DNA from: Leucoraja ocellata
Lineage: Eukaryota
DNA length: 64,000 nucleotides
NCBI GenBank assembly: GCA_036785375.1
Contig: JAWMAR010000085.1
Location: forward strand, 1,426,001-1,490,000
Direction: 5' to 3'
Shown: positions 37,190 through 50,848 of the stretch, piece after piece
How positions within the stretch are numbered: the stretch's first letter is position 1
How the letters are laid out: each line of letters opens with the position of its first letter
The notes under the pieces: generated by a model
The model's input: the letters and a program-made list of their open reading frames with translations, nothing else
What the model was told of the DNA's origin: nothing
The model's database searches: none
Translations under genes and position numbers: made by a program

Positions 37190-39456
37190 AATTACCCAAA
37201 GTGCTTGATGGAGCCTGAACCAGCATCTCTGCTCTCTCCCATAATTCTGCTCCCACCTTCTCCACTGCCCAGAGGGACCAGGGATGGTGTTCTCTTCATC
37301 CTTTCCTTTTACCTTAATAGTTAAGTGAATCGGCATTGACTGGAAAACGCTTTCATAGTTATAGACCTACGTTGCACGAAGAAAAATGGTGGTTGGTGAC
37401 GGAGATCAATAATTTTACTCAATTAGTTCAGGACTGTTAGTTCTAAAATACTGTAAATGAATTCCAGACCATGGGGGCTGATACCAAGGCTGTCGGTGGT
37501 GAGATGGTCGGTGGTTTGTGTGTACAGACCAGGCTGGAGGTGCTATAAAGTTGGGTAGTGCAAGGCCAAATGGGAATCTAAACATGCAGTTGAGAATGCG
37601 GTGGCACGGTGGTGCAGCGGTGCAGTTGCTGCTTTACAGCGCCAGAGACCCGGAATTGATCCTGACTACGGGTTCTGTCTGTATGGAGTTTGTACATTCA
37701 CCCGTGACCTGCATGGGGTTTTTCAGGGTTCTCCTCCCGCAATCTAAAGACATGCAGATTTGTAGGGTAATTGGCTTGGTAAAATTGTAAATTGTCCCTA
37801 GTGTGCTTAGGGTAGTGTCAGTGTGCGTGGATCGCTGGTCGGCATGGACCCGGCGGGCCGAAGGGCCTGCATCTGTGCTGTATCTCTAAACTAAACTAAA
37901 CTAAACTAACTGAACTGTAGGGTAGTGCTAGTGGACAGCTGGTCTGCATGGACTCAGTGGGCACGATGGACTGCTTCCACGCTGTATCTCTAAAGTTTTA
38001 AAGTCTAAAGAAAAATGTCATTGTTCCGTATCGATAATAAAACAGTCTTGGCCTGACTATTGACTCTTGAGTTTAGCTGTTAAATCAGGAAGTGATGATG
38101 GAATGATATCACACATCACAATGCACTTCATAGGAGACAGCAGGTCCTCAGCAAGGCCATATTGATTTCTGTTTGCAAAGTAATAAGGATCATAGTTTAT
38201 TATTCTTTCCCTTCATCCTGCTGTAATATTTATTACAGCACAGCAGCCGCTATAATACATTTATAGCGTTGATTTAAGTTAAAGTCAACCCATTTTCCTT
38301 ATCCACCCACTGCATCCCAACCTAACGTGTACACGCTCGCATTGCATGAAACCTGAGTGATACTGAGGTTGAAGCCCGAGAGGATTAAAAGCAAAGCAAA
38401 ATTGGTTGTCTGTCAGAAGAGAAGCAGGTTTGTCAAGGACAGCTTCTCCTGAAGATCATCAATCAGTTTGTGAGGCGCTCCGTAAACTTTTCATCAATCC
38501 TCTGTATCAAGAAAGGCTCCAATTAATCTTTGTCATTGTCACCTCATAGTAACATACTGTCACAGCCATTCTGTTCTCTGACTCTATTGGAAATGTGCTT
38601 GTGGTCAGGTTTTCAAGATAGGTATCAGCAAGTAAAGGTGGTAGTGTGACTATCAGGAGCAGGGTAGGATATAAAGCAAACATTGTATCTTGAAGCAAGG
38701 ATCTGCCAAGGATCTCTGTGCAGCCAATATGATGTGCTTCACAGCAAATATGGTAAGATGTGAATGTAATGGATAACATGGTATCAGAGTCTTATGGAAA
38801 GATTTGGGTGAGTTCTCATACCCAACTTTACCTAAGCCACTGTATGTTATCCTATACTCAACTCTAATATGTAAGATGTTTAGTTTAGTTTATCATTGTC
38901 ACGGGTACTGAGGTACAGCTTGTTTGCGTGCTATCCAGTCGAAGAAAAGACATGAATACAATCATGCCGTCCACAGTAGACAGATAAAGGATAATGGGTA
39001 CAGCATTTAGTGCAAAGATGTAGCATTGAAGTCCGATAAAGTCTGATTAAAGATAGGCCAAAGGTCTCCAATGAGATAGATGGGAAGTCAGGACCGACTC
39101 TTCTCTTGGGTTGATATCCTTCTTTGAGTCTGAAAATGGCTTTTGACCTGTAACGTCAGCTACCCGTGTTCCCCAGAGATGCCGCCATACCGGCCGAGTT
39201 ACTCCGGCACTTGGTGATAGCTAAGAATGCAACAAACCCGCTTTTCACTGTACCTGTGACAATAAACTAAACTGAACTAAACTAAACACTTTATGTTCTG
39301 TGCAAGCTTCCACCATCTGCACTTCCTTGTGTCTCCACCTTGCGATCAGTGTTTACTGGTGGACCAAAAAGCTCCCTCTCTTGTCATCACGAGTGTGCAA
39401 TTTTATAGTTCACTTGAGAAATGTGTTCTTCCTCTCTGAAGCATTATGCTAACATT

Positions 39457-39600
39457 CAGTAGCGGACTGGGTCTAAAAATATTGGTTGCCAGGAGACAAA
39501 GGGGGCCCACTCATCAGGGGCCCACTTGATATAAGGGCCCCACTTGATTAGGGGCCCACTTGCCATCGGGCAACATTCTAGTTTTAATCAGTCCTGTCTG
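39457..39600. repeat. Small element with four GGGCCCACT-like motifs and imperfect inverted ends (possible hAT-type MITE)
   Basis: CAG..GGACTG / CAGTCC..CTG ends, GTTGCC/GGCAAC, four copies of GGGCCC(C)ACT. Confidence 0.4.
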
Positions 39601-42139
39601 TTTAAGTTACCGCAAAAGTTAAAATCCTGTAGCATAGTGGTACTTCCTTCTCTGCTTACAGAAAAGAGCATTAAGACGGCTGACGTCTGCCGTGACATAT
39701 TTCAATGTACTGATGAAATTCTGTATTTCAATTCTGAGAAATACTGAGAATAGAAATTGGTTAACAGTTTTTTTACTCCAAGCTCTGATCCAGGAAAGTG
39801 GGACCAAATCTAATTTCATGAAATTCGCTGCTCTTCTATTTAGTGAAAGCATTAACCTATTTAATTTGAACCAGTTAATGCCTTCATTAAAGAGTAGCTG
39901 TGGTTTTTCCAACATTAATACTAATGGATTGTGTGACTTTGGCACCTCATTTCACATTTACTAACGTTTACTTCATAAAGTGAGTAAAACAATCCAAACC
40001 ATTCAACTGATTATGTACTTTGTTTTATTTTATTGTTTTGACATTAATAATGGGGCTGGTCGGTGTGAGCAAGTTGGGCTGAAGTACCATGCTGTAGGAC
40101 TCTATGACTTCTGTCAGTGTGATATGTAAACCTTGACCGAAAGATTATTCCCTTATCATGTATATATACACTGTGAATGGCTCAATTGTAATCATGTATT
40201 GTCTTTCCGTGGCTGGTTGGCACGCAACAAAATATTTTCACTGTACCTTGATATATGTGACAATAAACTAATCTGAAACTAAAAAAAAACAACAAATTGC
40301 TGGAGTAACTCAGTAGGTCAGACAGCATCTCTGGAGAACACGGATAGGAGACCCTTCTTCCGAATAACCTTCAGTCAATTGCTTGTGGACAAATCCCTTG
40401 TCCTCCATTTACTTATCTGCCTGCTGCTGATCAATCTGAAGAAGGGTCATCACCGCAGAGCTACTCCAGCAATGAGTGTCTCTTTTTGTAAATTGGCATC
40501 AGCAGTTCCTTGTTTCTACTCTGATGTGTGAAGAACTTTAACAATCATTGTTTCTCAACTCAAAACCTCGGTAAAGAAATAATGGGGCATTTCCTTTCAA
40601 TTGTTCTACAGCTTTGAGCGTTTGGCAATGTTTATATCGCAAATGATGAGGACGTTTTAACAGGATGGTGTAATAATTCCATGTAAACTGGTGCTCGTTT
40701 GAGTTTTCATACAACATTAGCTCTTTAGTGAGATGATAAACACGCCTTTTACCTGACCAAAGAAAATGTTTCAGAACAACATATTGATTATGTTCAATGG
40801 TTCTTCATTGTCAAGTTTGCACAGCACAGTGACATTCTTTTTCACAACCCAAAAATGCACAGTTGCCATATTTTGGCACCATTTACAAAAAAAAGAAAAA
40901 GAAAACAAGTCCAAAGTCCGGTCCACATGTTGGAAGTGTAGGAGCGCTACCAATCCAGGTAAGCCCAGGTAAGCTCCGGGCTGCTGCACGCCCACATTCC
41001 AACGTCCCTCTCCTCGCCAGACAGCCTCGGAGAGCGCCTCCTGCAGCCGATCTTGAAGACGCTGGAGGCAATCCCTGGTCCCTCTTCTAGCGGCCCACTC
41101 CTCATGTGAGTATTCAATACATGCGGTGCTCAGAATGAACACGGAGAAAGATTAAAGCTATAAATGATATTGCTCTAACCCCATGTATAAAAACAATTCA
41201 GCGACAAAACTGAAATATATCATTGATAATAAATGCACCTTGCAGATGTGTTGCATGTACACCACAAGATTTGTATGAAGTTCAGTATGAATTATTCCTT
41301 GTTGAGAAGTGGGTGGCCCAGTGAAGCATTTGTTAGAACTGCTGCCTCACAGTACAAGAGACCTGGATTCAATCCTGACCTTGGATGCTGTCTGTGGAGT
41401 GCTAGTGTACAGTGATTGTTCGTCGGTGTAGACTCAGTGGACCTAAGGGCCCGTTTCCACGCTGTATCTCTAAACTAAACTAAACTAAACTGTTTGTTCT
41501 ACAATTTTACAGCAGTGATTTTGAAAAATTAGCGACACATATCAGAGTGAAGTGATGTAAAACCCAAGTGAATTAGAAAGGTTGTTTCAATATACGTGGG
41601 GAGGGAAATGGTGTTATGGTTTTGCTTTGTTTACAGGTTTACTGGTTGTAGCTTTTTACACACTGTTCATACTTGGAAATACAACGCTGCTCCTTCATTA
41701 TCACTGCAACAAGATCCTGGAACTCTCTCCCCAGCAATTCTGGATGCACCTTCAAACAAATTGGTTTCAGAAGACCCTTTACCACACCTTCTCAAGGGCA
41801 GTAAGGGACAGCCAGTATTAATACACTACACACTACCCTTCCTTCACATCTAAGGCTTTGTGAAAAAGTGGTAGAACAACCGTAAGAAGTGGAAAGAGTA
41901 ATCTTAGTTAACTTGTGGGTGGCCTTAAGAGAACTGATCCATGCTACATTCACGGACTGTGTGAAAAAAAGTGGTGGTACTTCTGTCAATGCAATCCCAT
42001 TAAAAACATAGACAAGTTCTGGCCTTCAAATACCCCTTGAGTATGAAGGGATTGATTTTTCCTCAATGTTTTTTCTCAATATTCACATGACATTCATGCC
42101 ACGCTGTCACAATGTCTTTGTCTCTACCATGTGGGAGGA

Positions 42140-43250
42140 AACATAGAAAATAGGTGCAGGAGTAGGCCATTCAAACCTTCGAGCCAGCACCACCATTCAA
42201 TATGATCAAGGCTGATCATCCAAAATCAGTACCCCGATCCTGATTTCTCCCCATAGCTATTGACTCCGTTAGCCCTAAGAGCTATATCTAACTCTCTTGA
42301 AAACATCCAGTGAATTGGCAGAGAATTCCACAGAGTCACAACTCTCTGGGTGAAAAGGATTTTCCTCATCTCAGTTCTAAGTGGCCTACCCCTTATTCTT
42401 AAACTGTGATCCCTGGTTTTAGACTCCCCCAACATCGGGAACATTATTCCTGTCCAATCCCTTAAGAATTTTGTATGTTCCTATAAGATCCCATCTCATC
42501 CTTCTAGGTTCCAGTGAATACAAGCTCAGTCGACCCATTCTGTGGAATTTGCCTCAGAAGGCAGTGGAGGCCGATTCTCTGGATGCTTTCAAGACAGAGT
42601 TAGATGGATCTCTTAAAGAGAGCAGAGTCAAGGGATATGGGGAGAAGGCAGGGACGGGGTACTGATTGTGGATGATCAGCCATGATCATGGTGAATGGCG
42701 GTGTTGGCTCGAAGGGCCGAATGGCCTACTCCTGTACCAATCGTCGTTTGTCTATTGTCTATTCTTTCGTCATATGGCATTCCCGCCATCCTGGGACTTA
42801 ACCTGGTGAACGTACGCTGCACTCCCTCAATAGCAAGAATGTCCTTCCTCAGATTAGGAGACCAAAACTGCACACACATTATTCCAGGTGTGGTTTCACC
42901 AGGGCCCCGTACAACTGCAGTAGGACCTCCTTACTCCCATACTCACATCATCACGCTATGAAGGCCAACATGATATTTGGTTTCTTCACCGTATGCTGTA
43001 CCTGCATGCTTACTTCAGTGACTGATGTACAAGCACACCCAGGGCTCATTGTACCTCCACTTTTCCTAATCTGAAACCATTCAGATAATAATCTGCCTTC
43101 TTGTTCTTGCCATCAAAGTGGATAACTTCACATTTATCCACATTAAACTTCATCTGTCATGCATCTGTCCAGCCACCCAACCTGTCCAAGTCACCCTTCA
43201 GCCTAATAACATCTTCCTCACAGGTCACACTGCCACCCAGCTTTGTGTCA
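42140..43250 (-). mobile_element. CR1 fragment containing an oppositely oriented CR1 3' end (about 42535-42750)
   Basis: CVQFWSPNLRKD remnants on the - strand flank a + strand 3'UTR. Confidence 0.85.
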
Positions 43251-43673
43251 TTCGAAAGATAGAACCACTACAGCAGTTATGTGGGAGGAAGGATAGAACC
43301 ACTGTGGTAGTTCTCTCCTACACACTGAATGTAAAATAGAACTAGTGTACGGGTGATTGTTGCTTGGTATGGACTTGATGTTTTAAACTAAGCTAAAATG
43401 GTTCAAAAACACCATTCGCTCCAGCCACCTAATGGTCATTCGTAAAACAGCAAACCCGTCCACAACAGATTAGGTATGCTATAACCAAAATCTGTGATGA
43501 AGAGGTCAGTTAAAACAAGGATTTACTTTACTGATGGTCCATAAATGTGGTCCCTGATCTTCTTCCTCTGAGTAGGAGAACTGTTCTTTTTAAGTATGGA
43601 AAATCCTAGGGTTATGTATAGTTTCAGAGAAATGCCTGTAATCCACAAATTGGAAACACGGTCATCTGATGTT

Positions 43674-43906
43674 ATTCAAGAAGGAACTGCAGATGCTGGA
43701 AAATCGAAGGTAGACAAAATTGCTGGAGAAACTCAGCGGGTACAGCAGCATCTATGGCGTGAAGGAAATAGGCAACGTTTCGCGCTGAAACCCTTCTTCA
43801 GACTGATGGAATGGTTGTCTGAATACAGTCTAAAGAAGGGTTTCGGCCCAAAACATTGCCTATTTCCTTCGCTCCATAGATGCTGCCGTACTCCAGCAAT
43901 TTTGTT
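43674..43906. mobile_element. Fold-back Penelope-terminus mini-element
   Basis: Inverted arms; ATCTGATGTT duplicated at 43664-43673 and 43907-43916. Confidence 0.8.
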
Positions 43907-45432
43907 ATCTGATGTTGCAAAGGTGCACTAGTAGTTTAGTTTCGATGGTTTAGAGATACAGCATGGAAACAGGCCCTTCGACACACCATATCCACACCGA
44001 CCTTCTATGCCTGTGTTGTCCCACTTTCCCACCCACCAGGGACAATTTGCAGAAGGACAATTAACCGACAAACCCTCATGTCTTTGAGATCTGGGAGGAC
44101 ACGGAACACCCGGAGAAAACCAACGCAGTCAGAGGGGGAATGTGCATACTCCATGCAGACAGTACCCGTAATCAGGATCGAACCCGGGTCCCTTGTGCTA
44201 TGAGGAGGCAGCTCTACCAGCTGCGCCCAGATTAGTTGGCTACAGATTAACACAGATCTTAGTTGATTTTAGATCTTCGTTCGAATTTGATATTTTGTGT
44301 AAAACTGCACCACGCATTCAAATCATGCTAAATCCATGGGTTACCAGACCAAACAAGGCCAGACCAGAGATTGTCAATATGTTCTAATTTGAGATAACTT
44401 GGGGATAATTTTAGAGATAAAGCGTGGAAACAGGCCCCTTCGACCCACCGAGTCTGCGCCGACCAGCGATCACCCATACACTAGTTCTATTTTACACACC
44501 AGGGGAAATTTACAGAAGCCTCTTAACCTACAAACCTGCATGTCTTTGGGATGCGGGAGGAAACCAGAGCACCCAGAGAAAACCCAGGCGGTGACAAGGA
44601 GAAGATGCAAATTCCACACACAGGCAGCACCCGTAGGCAGGATCGAACCCGGGCCTCTGGAACTTTAAGACAGCAACTCTACCACTGCGCCACCGTGCCA
44701 CCCTTGTGGAGAAATGAGAGTTTGGGGAATAACTCCCACCATCATGACTCTTCTTGTTTGTGGTAGAGTACACATTCCTGACAAATCCTAATACAGCGTG
44801 AGGATTTTGATCTCACAGTATTTCCTGTAGCTTTCAAGCGAGAGGGGCCAAGTTTTAAAGGAGAAGGCGGGGCAAGTTATTTACAGAGAGAGGTCAGTGC
44901 CTGTGTTGCTCTGCTAGGGATGGTGGTGGAGGCAGATATATTAGTGGTGTCTAAGAAGTTTTTAGATAGGCACATGGATATGCATGGACTGGAGGGGTAT
45001 CGATCGAATTCAGGCAGATGGGATTAATTTATCTTGTTATCATGTTTGGCACAAACATTGTGACCCACCTAAGCTGTACCATGTTCTATATTATGTCCTG
45101 ATATTGGGCAGTGTTAATGGCGATGCTCTATACAAAGCCATTCTACTTAATTCATCTCCTCGGGTAGAACAGAATTTAAAATGATTTCATGCTCCTGTGT
45201 AATAAGATTACATCTAAGTACTACTGAATAATACAAATGTAAATGTACTACAGATACTATAGAAATCTGAAATAGACAAATATTCTTCACATGTTTAGCA
45301 AGTAGGCAACGTTGGTAGAGAGATCAATAATCTTTCATCAGAAGAGATAAAAGGTTTGACAGAAGGTCAGTTCTGAAATGTGCTTTCCCCTTATTTTCCC
45401 ATTTTTATCAAATCTTACATAACTGATCCACA

Positions 45433-45438
45433 TTTATT
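45433..45438 (-). promoter_or_regulatory. Polyadenylation signal AATAAA of the CD200R-like gene
   Basis: TTTATT on the + strand just past the predicted stop codon. Confidence 0.5.
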
Positions 45439-45466
45439 AACTTTACACCCCATTCAGTTCTTAGAT

Positions 45467-45549
45467 TTAATCAGAATGTTGGGATCTCTTCATGCAGTAC
45501 GTATTCTGATAAATTGGATCTTTCATTCCTCGAGGCTGTTGTCTTCTCC
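45467..45549 (-). CDS. CD200R-like receptor, terminal exon (GRRQQPRGMKDPIYQNTYCMKRSQHSD*)
   Basis: TTTGTTTTAGCAG tandem (NAGNAG) acceptor, phase 1 in frame, tyrosine motif DPIYQN, TAA at 45469-45467, AATAAA about 30 nt downstream. Confidence 0.72.
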
Positions 45550-46889
45550 CTGCTAAAACAAAGCAGGCATTTATTGATGCAACCCTAAATGCTAACTAAC
45601 TATTCAATGTAATGCACACAATCATAAATTAGGTCTACAATAGGAAAGGTTATGCAACATGGTGATAGGACTTTACTGCTGGAGATGCTATCAGAAAAGG
45701 AGCGGTACGGTGGTGCAGCTGTAGACTTGTTGCCTTACAGTGCCACAGACCCGGATGCAAACCTGACTATGGATGCTGTCTGTATGGAGTTTGTACATTC
45801 TCCCTGTGACTGGGTGCGGTTTTTCTGGGTGCTCCAGTTTCCTCCCACATTCCAAAGTCGCACAGGTTTGTAGGTTAATTGGTCTCAGTAAATTGTCCAT
45901 AGTATGTAGGATAGAACTAGTGTTCGGGTGATCATTGGTCGGCGTGGACTGAGTTTGCCACAGTGTCAGTTTCCACACTGGATCTCTAAATCAAACTAAG
46001 CTAAAAAGTGTGCTGGATAACGCTACCAGTGACAAATGAGTAGTTGTCTCTGTACCACAGAGTGAGTTGTTTAATCATGCCAGCCAACCGAGAACTTGAT
46101 TGTTGTCACACTCCACTGAACAAGACTAAAACAGAAGTCAGCATTCAAGTTGCCATGCAGACATTTTACATTGAAATTCCTGTGCCTGTCATATTACTAA
46201 GATCCAAAAAAGAGTAATCGAGAACCATGCATAAAGCAGCAGTTAGGCCTGCATTGTTAAATATATTAGTTTTGTTTAGTTTAGAGATACAACGCGGAAG
46301 CAGGCCCTTCGGCCCACCGAGTCTGCGCAGGCCAGCAATCCGCACACACTATCCTACACACCAGCGACAATTTACAATTATACCAAGACGATTAGCCTAC
46401 AAACCTGTACATCCTGGAGAAAACCCACGCAGGTAACGAGGAGAACGTACAAACTCCGTACAGACAAGCACCGCAGTCAGGATGAAACCCGGGGTCTCTG
46501 ACCCTGTAAGGCAGCAACTATATCACTGTGCCACTGTGCTGCCCCTACTTAACATCCCATTACTTGATATCCATTAGAGACTGCATCACAAGATTGTGCA
46601 TAGCCAGCTATTGGGCTAGCCACATTGGTTCAATGGTTGAATGGATCTTTATTGTCACGTATACACAGCACAGTGAAATTCTTTTGTGCAGCCCACAAAT
46701 GAACAGTCGCCATATTTTGGTGCTGCTTACAAACAAAAAGAAAAGTCCAAAGACCAAAGTCTAGTCCACATGCCGGAATTACGTGAATGCTCCTAATTCC
46801 TTCATGTTCACTGTCCCCATGAAGACTTGTCCTTAAATGGACCATTGGAAGACACATCCAAGACATTAAATCAGTTGAAAGGTATTTAC

Positions 46890-46940
46890 CTGAACGCGGA
46901 ACAGGAAGGTTGATCACCTGGGTGTTATCAATAATCCTAG
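46890..46940 (-). CDS. CD200R-like receptor, cytoplasmic exon 1 (ARIIDNTQVINLPVPRS)
   Basis: 51-nt open phase 1-1 exon, TTTTAATTTTCCAG acceptor, CAG/GTAAAT donor. Confidence 0.62.
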
Positions 46941-47071
46941 CTGGAAAATTAAAATCTAGGTATCAGTCATAGACAAGATAAACTAGGCCACAGTGCCTAA
47001 TCTAATTGGAATAACTTAACAACACGCTTTCATTAGGTTCGTGCGAGTAGATGCAGATTAATTTCTAGACT

Positions 47072-47355
47072 GGGGCGGCACGGTGGCACAGCGGTAGAGT
47101 TGCTGTCTTACAGCACCAGAGACGCGGGTTGGTCCTGACCACGGATGCTATATGTACGGAGTTTGTACATTCTCCCCTTGACCTTTCCAGGAGCTCCGGT
47201 TTCCTCCTGCACTCCAAAGACAGGTAGGTTGGCTAATTATCCCTAATGTGTGTAGCATAATTTTTAGTGTGTGGGATCATTGGTCAGCGCGGACTCGGTG
47301 GGCCAAAGGGCCTGTTTCCGTGTTATATCTCTAAACTAAACTAAACTAAACTAAA
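47072..47355 (+). mobile_element. tRNA-derived SINE (HE1/V-SINE-like), representative copy of more than 20 in the window
   Basis: GGGGCGGCACGGTGGCACAGCGG A-box head, B-box-like segment, central domain, CR1-like 3' end and (CTAAA)n tail. Other copies at about 3470-3750, 12140-12390, 12530-12765, 26703-27010, 32708-32985, 37598-37915, 41310-41490, 43950-44230, 44410-44703, 45700-46005, 46270-46545, 52855-53135, 54605-54912, 55238-55547, 56945-57250, 62290-62500, 62510-62780. Confidence 0.88.
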
Positions 47356-47834
47356 CTTCTACTTATTGCTTTATTATAATACAGTGAACCATACATAAGG
47401 TGGGAGCTTGGGGGAACTATTGCTACAGTGTTAGGCTCAGAGAGGTTACCGCTGAATATTCTATAGCTTCTTGGGTCACTGGTCCTGTTCTGCAGCTGAA
47501 AGGCACTAACTCAAGCTTTGTATTTTGTGACCTTTGCTATTATGTTAGAGTAAGTTACATAAGCGCAGCTTTACAAAGTGTTATTGTTCGCAACAGTGGG
47601 TGAAATATCTCATTACTTTATTCACACATGGTTATGACCTTAAAGCAAAAATGACAATAGATGTATCTAAAAAGATGCTGCATCTATCTTTCCGATTCTG
47701 CCCCTAAATATCTTAGCTTTGGACATTGCCACTAGCAGATCCCAAGAAAGTTGTATTTATATATTAAAAGGCACACTTTTATTTTACAATCTTTCCAGCT
47801 GGCTTACATCTAACAGATTTCAAAGGAGGCCAAT

Positions 47835-48215
47835 AAGTTCTCGGAGCAGAAATAGGCCATTCGACCCATCGTCAACTCCGCCATTCAATCATGGCTGATC
47901 TATCTTTCTCTCTCAACCCCATTATCCTGCCTTCTCCCCATAACCACAACACCCTTGCTAATCAAGAATCTGTTCATCTCTCCCTTAAAATTACTCAATC
48001 ACCACTTTAAAAATATCAATTGACGGCCTCCAGAGCCATCTGTGAAAATGAATTCCACAGATTCACTACCCTAGACTCTCCCACAAGTGGAAACATCTTC
48101 TCCACATCCACTCTATTCAAGCCTTTCACTATTCAGTAAGTTTCATTGAGGTGCCCCTTCATCCTTCTACACACCAGTGAGTACAGGCTCAGTGCCGTCA
48201 AACACTCATCATACG
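47835..48215 (-). mobile_element. CR1 3' fragment
   Basis: Similar to 11080-11790 and 18243-18710. Confidence 0.8.
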
Positions 48216-49046
48216 TTTGTTCTGCTGTGTTTACATGATGACATTTAAGGATTCACTCTTTGAATAAATGACAAATGCATTAATTGATCCTTGCTGAGCT
48301 TATTTAGTGCTGGGCTATTATTCCAGAGTTCAGTAGTCATGGGTTATGAAAATGGAAAACAAGGTCTGTGATTGACAGCGGCCCCTGCTTGAAAATTACA
48401 ATCCAGGTATCAGCCGGAGACAAGATCAGTTTGGTTACGGTGCCAAGTATAACTTGTCAACACTTTCTCATCTGGATTTATTCATGAGGGGTTGAGGAAA
48501 AAAGTAGCAGAGGACTATGGAATGTGACTGATGCAGAGAAATATGTTCATCTACATGTACTTCTATGAACCTTATGTACTACAAACTGCACATTACACAA
48601 TGTATATTCAACACATGCCAGGCATCTCACACGCTACACACTGAACATACCATTATCCACCTATTCAGTGCATATGCTATGCAGCACATTATTATAATCC
48701 ATAAACACTGCACATATTTATATATGCCAACAAATTGTCATGCCATATACAGAAATCTAAACGCTGCACTGACCTCACAATTCACATGATATTTAATGTG
48801 CTGCTAATTGCACATTGGTCGTGCTATATGGTGTGCAATGCAGAATGCACATTATATGTTCAATGCATTATATAGGACACACCTTGCATCTGCTACACAT
48901 GTCATATGCCATACATGCTACTCAATACATTTTCTATACACAACGCACAGGCACACTGACATGTGGCACACATGCGCACACACAGGGAAAAACGTCACAG
49001 ATAAACAGAAATACAGATACAGAACTAGCACACTGGCATTAACACA

Positions 49047-49396
49047 NNNNNNNNNNNNNNNNNNNNNNNNNNNNNNNNNNNNNNNNNNNNNNNNNNNNNN
49101 NNNNNNNNNNNNNNNNNNNNNNNNNNNNNNNNNNNNNNNNNNNNNNNNNNNNNNNNNNNNNNNNNNNNNNNNNNNNNNNNNNNNNNNNNNNNNNNNNNNN
49201 NATACACACATATGATACACACACATCACACACACATGNNNNNNNNNNNNNNNNNNNNNNNNNNNNNNNNNNNNNNNNNNNNNNNNNNNNNNNNNNNNNN
49301 NNNNNNNNNNNNNNNNNNNNNNNNNNNNNNNNNNNNNNNNNNNNNNNNNNNNNNNNNNNNNNNNNNNNNNNNNNNNNNNNNNNNNNNNNNNNNNNN
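49047..49396. other. Two N-runs within CA-rich low-complexity sequence
   Basis: N tracts at about 49047-49201 and 49239-49396, flanked by (CA)-rich sequence. Confidence 0.95.
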
Positions 49397-49694
49397 AACT
49401 CACAGTTCAATTCTAGTCTACATCTCAATTCAACTATTCTTACTCAGGAGGAAAACAGATTTTCAGCAGTGTTGTATGCTTGTCAAGATATCTGAGGAGG
49501 TTGAGTTTCTTCTCAACATATTATTGGACAGAATACAATGATTTTTCACTCAATACTGTACCTCAACTAATTTTCCTCAGTTGGGTAAATACAATGTGTT
49601 TAAGACTATTAGTTAGAATACCAAATCCCTCATGGGCTATTTAATTTAATTAATGATCAAAATTTATGATTGTATCCACATAATCTTTACTGTA

Positions 49695-50785
49695 AGCAAA
49701 GAGTAGGAGTAAACGGGTCCTTTTCACAATGGCAGGCAGTGACTAGTGGGGTACCCCAAGGCTCAGTACTGGGACCCCAGCTATTTACAATATATATTAA
49801 TGATCTGGATGAGGGAATTGAAGGCAATATCTCCAAGTTTGCGGATGACACTAAGCTGGGGGGCAGTGTTAGCTATGTGGAGGATGCTAGGAGGCTGCAA
49901 GGTGACTTGGCTAGGCTGGGTGAGTGGGCAAATGCATGGCAGATGCAGTATAATGTGGATAAATGTGAGGTTATCCACTTTGGTGGCAAAAACAGGAAAG
50001 TAGACTATTATCTGAATGGTGGCCGATTAGGAAAGGGGGAGTTGCAACGAGACTTGGGTGTCATTGTACACCAGTCATTAAAAGTAGGCATGCAGGTGCA
50101 GCAGGCAGTGAAGAAGGCGAATGGTATGTTAGCATTCATTGCAAAAGGATTTGAGTATAGGAGCAGGGAGGTTCTACTGCAGTTGTACAGGGTCTTGGTG
50201 AGACCACACTTGGAGTATTGCGTACAGTTTTGGTCTCCTAATCTGAGGAAGGACATTCTTGCCATAGAGGGAGTACAGATAAGGTTCACCAGACTGATTC
50301 CTGGGATGTCAGGACTTTCATATGAAGAAAGACTGGAAAGACTCGGTTTGTACTCGCTAGAATTTAGCAGATTGAGGGGGGTCTTATAGAAACTTACAAA
50401 ATTCTTAAGGGGTTGGACAGGCTAGATGCAGGAAGATTGGTCCAGATGTTGGGGAAGTCCAGAACAAGGGGTCACAGTTTAAGGATAAAGGGGAAATCTT
50501 TTTGGACCGAGATGAGGAAAACATTTTTCACACAAAGAGTGGTGAATCTCTGGAATTCTCTGCCACAGAAGGTAGTTGAGGCCAGTTCATTGGCTATATT
50601 TAAGAGGGAGTTAGATGTGGCCCTTGTGGCTAAAGGGATCAGGGGGTATGGAGAGAAGGCAGGTACAGGATACTGAGTTGGATGATCAGCCATGATCATA
50701 TTGAATGGCGGTGCAGGCTCGAAGGGCCGAATGGCCTACTGCTGCACCTATTTTCTATGTCTCTATGTTTCTATGTTTCTATGTA
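49695..50785 (+). mobile_element. Young 5'-truncated CR1 LINE
   Basis: GVPQGSVLGP/KFADD RT C-terminus, 3'UTR and (TTTCTATG)n tail; 3' end near-identical to 28381-28583. Confidence 0.95.
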
Positions 50786-50848
50786 CAATGGGATCTGAGA
50801 TGAGTTAAGGAGTATCATGAAAGAAGTTTATTTTTGGTTATTGAAAAT

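Noticed and set aside
39619-39743. Alternative last exon for the CD200R-like gene (VFLRIEIQ...YATGF*)
   Set aside because: Acceptor and phase fit, but it has no signalling motif or nearby poly(A) signal. The exon at 45549-45467 comes first and has both.
40771-41142. GC-rich 123-aa ORF
   Set aside because: No recognisable domain or convincing splice pair; probably a repeat remnant.
47072-47145. tRNA gene
   Set aside because: This is the tRNA-derived head of a SINE and continues directly into the SINE body.
48808-49541. ORFs spanning N runs
   Set aside because: Artefacts of ambiguous bases.
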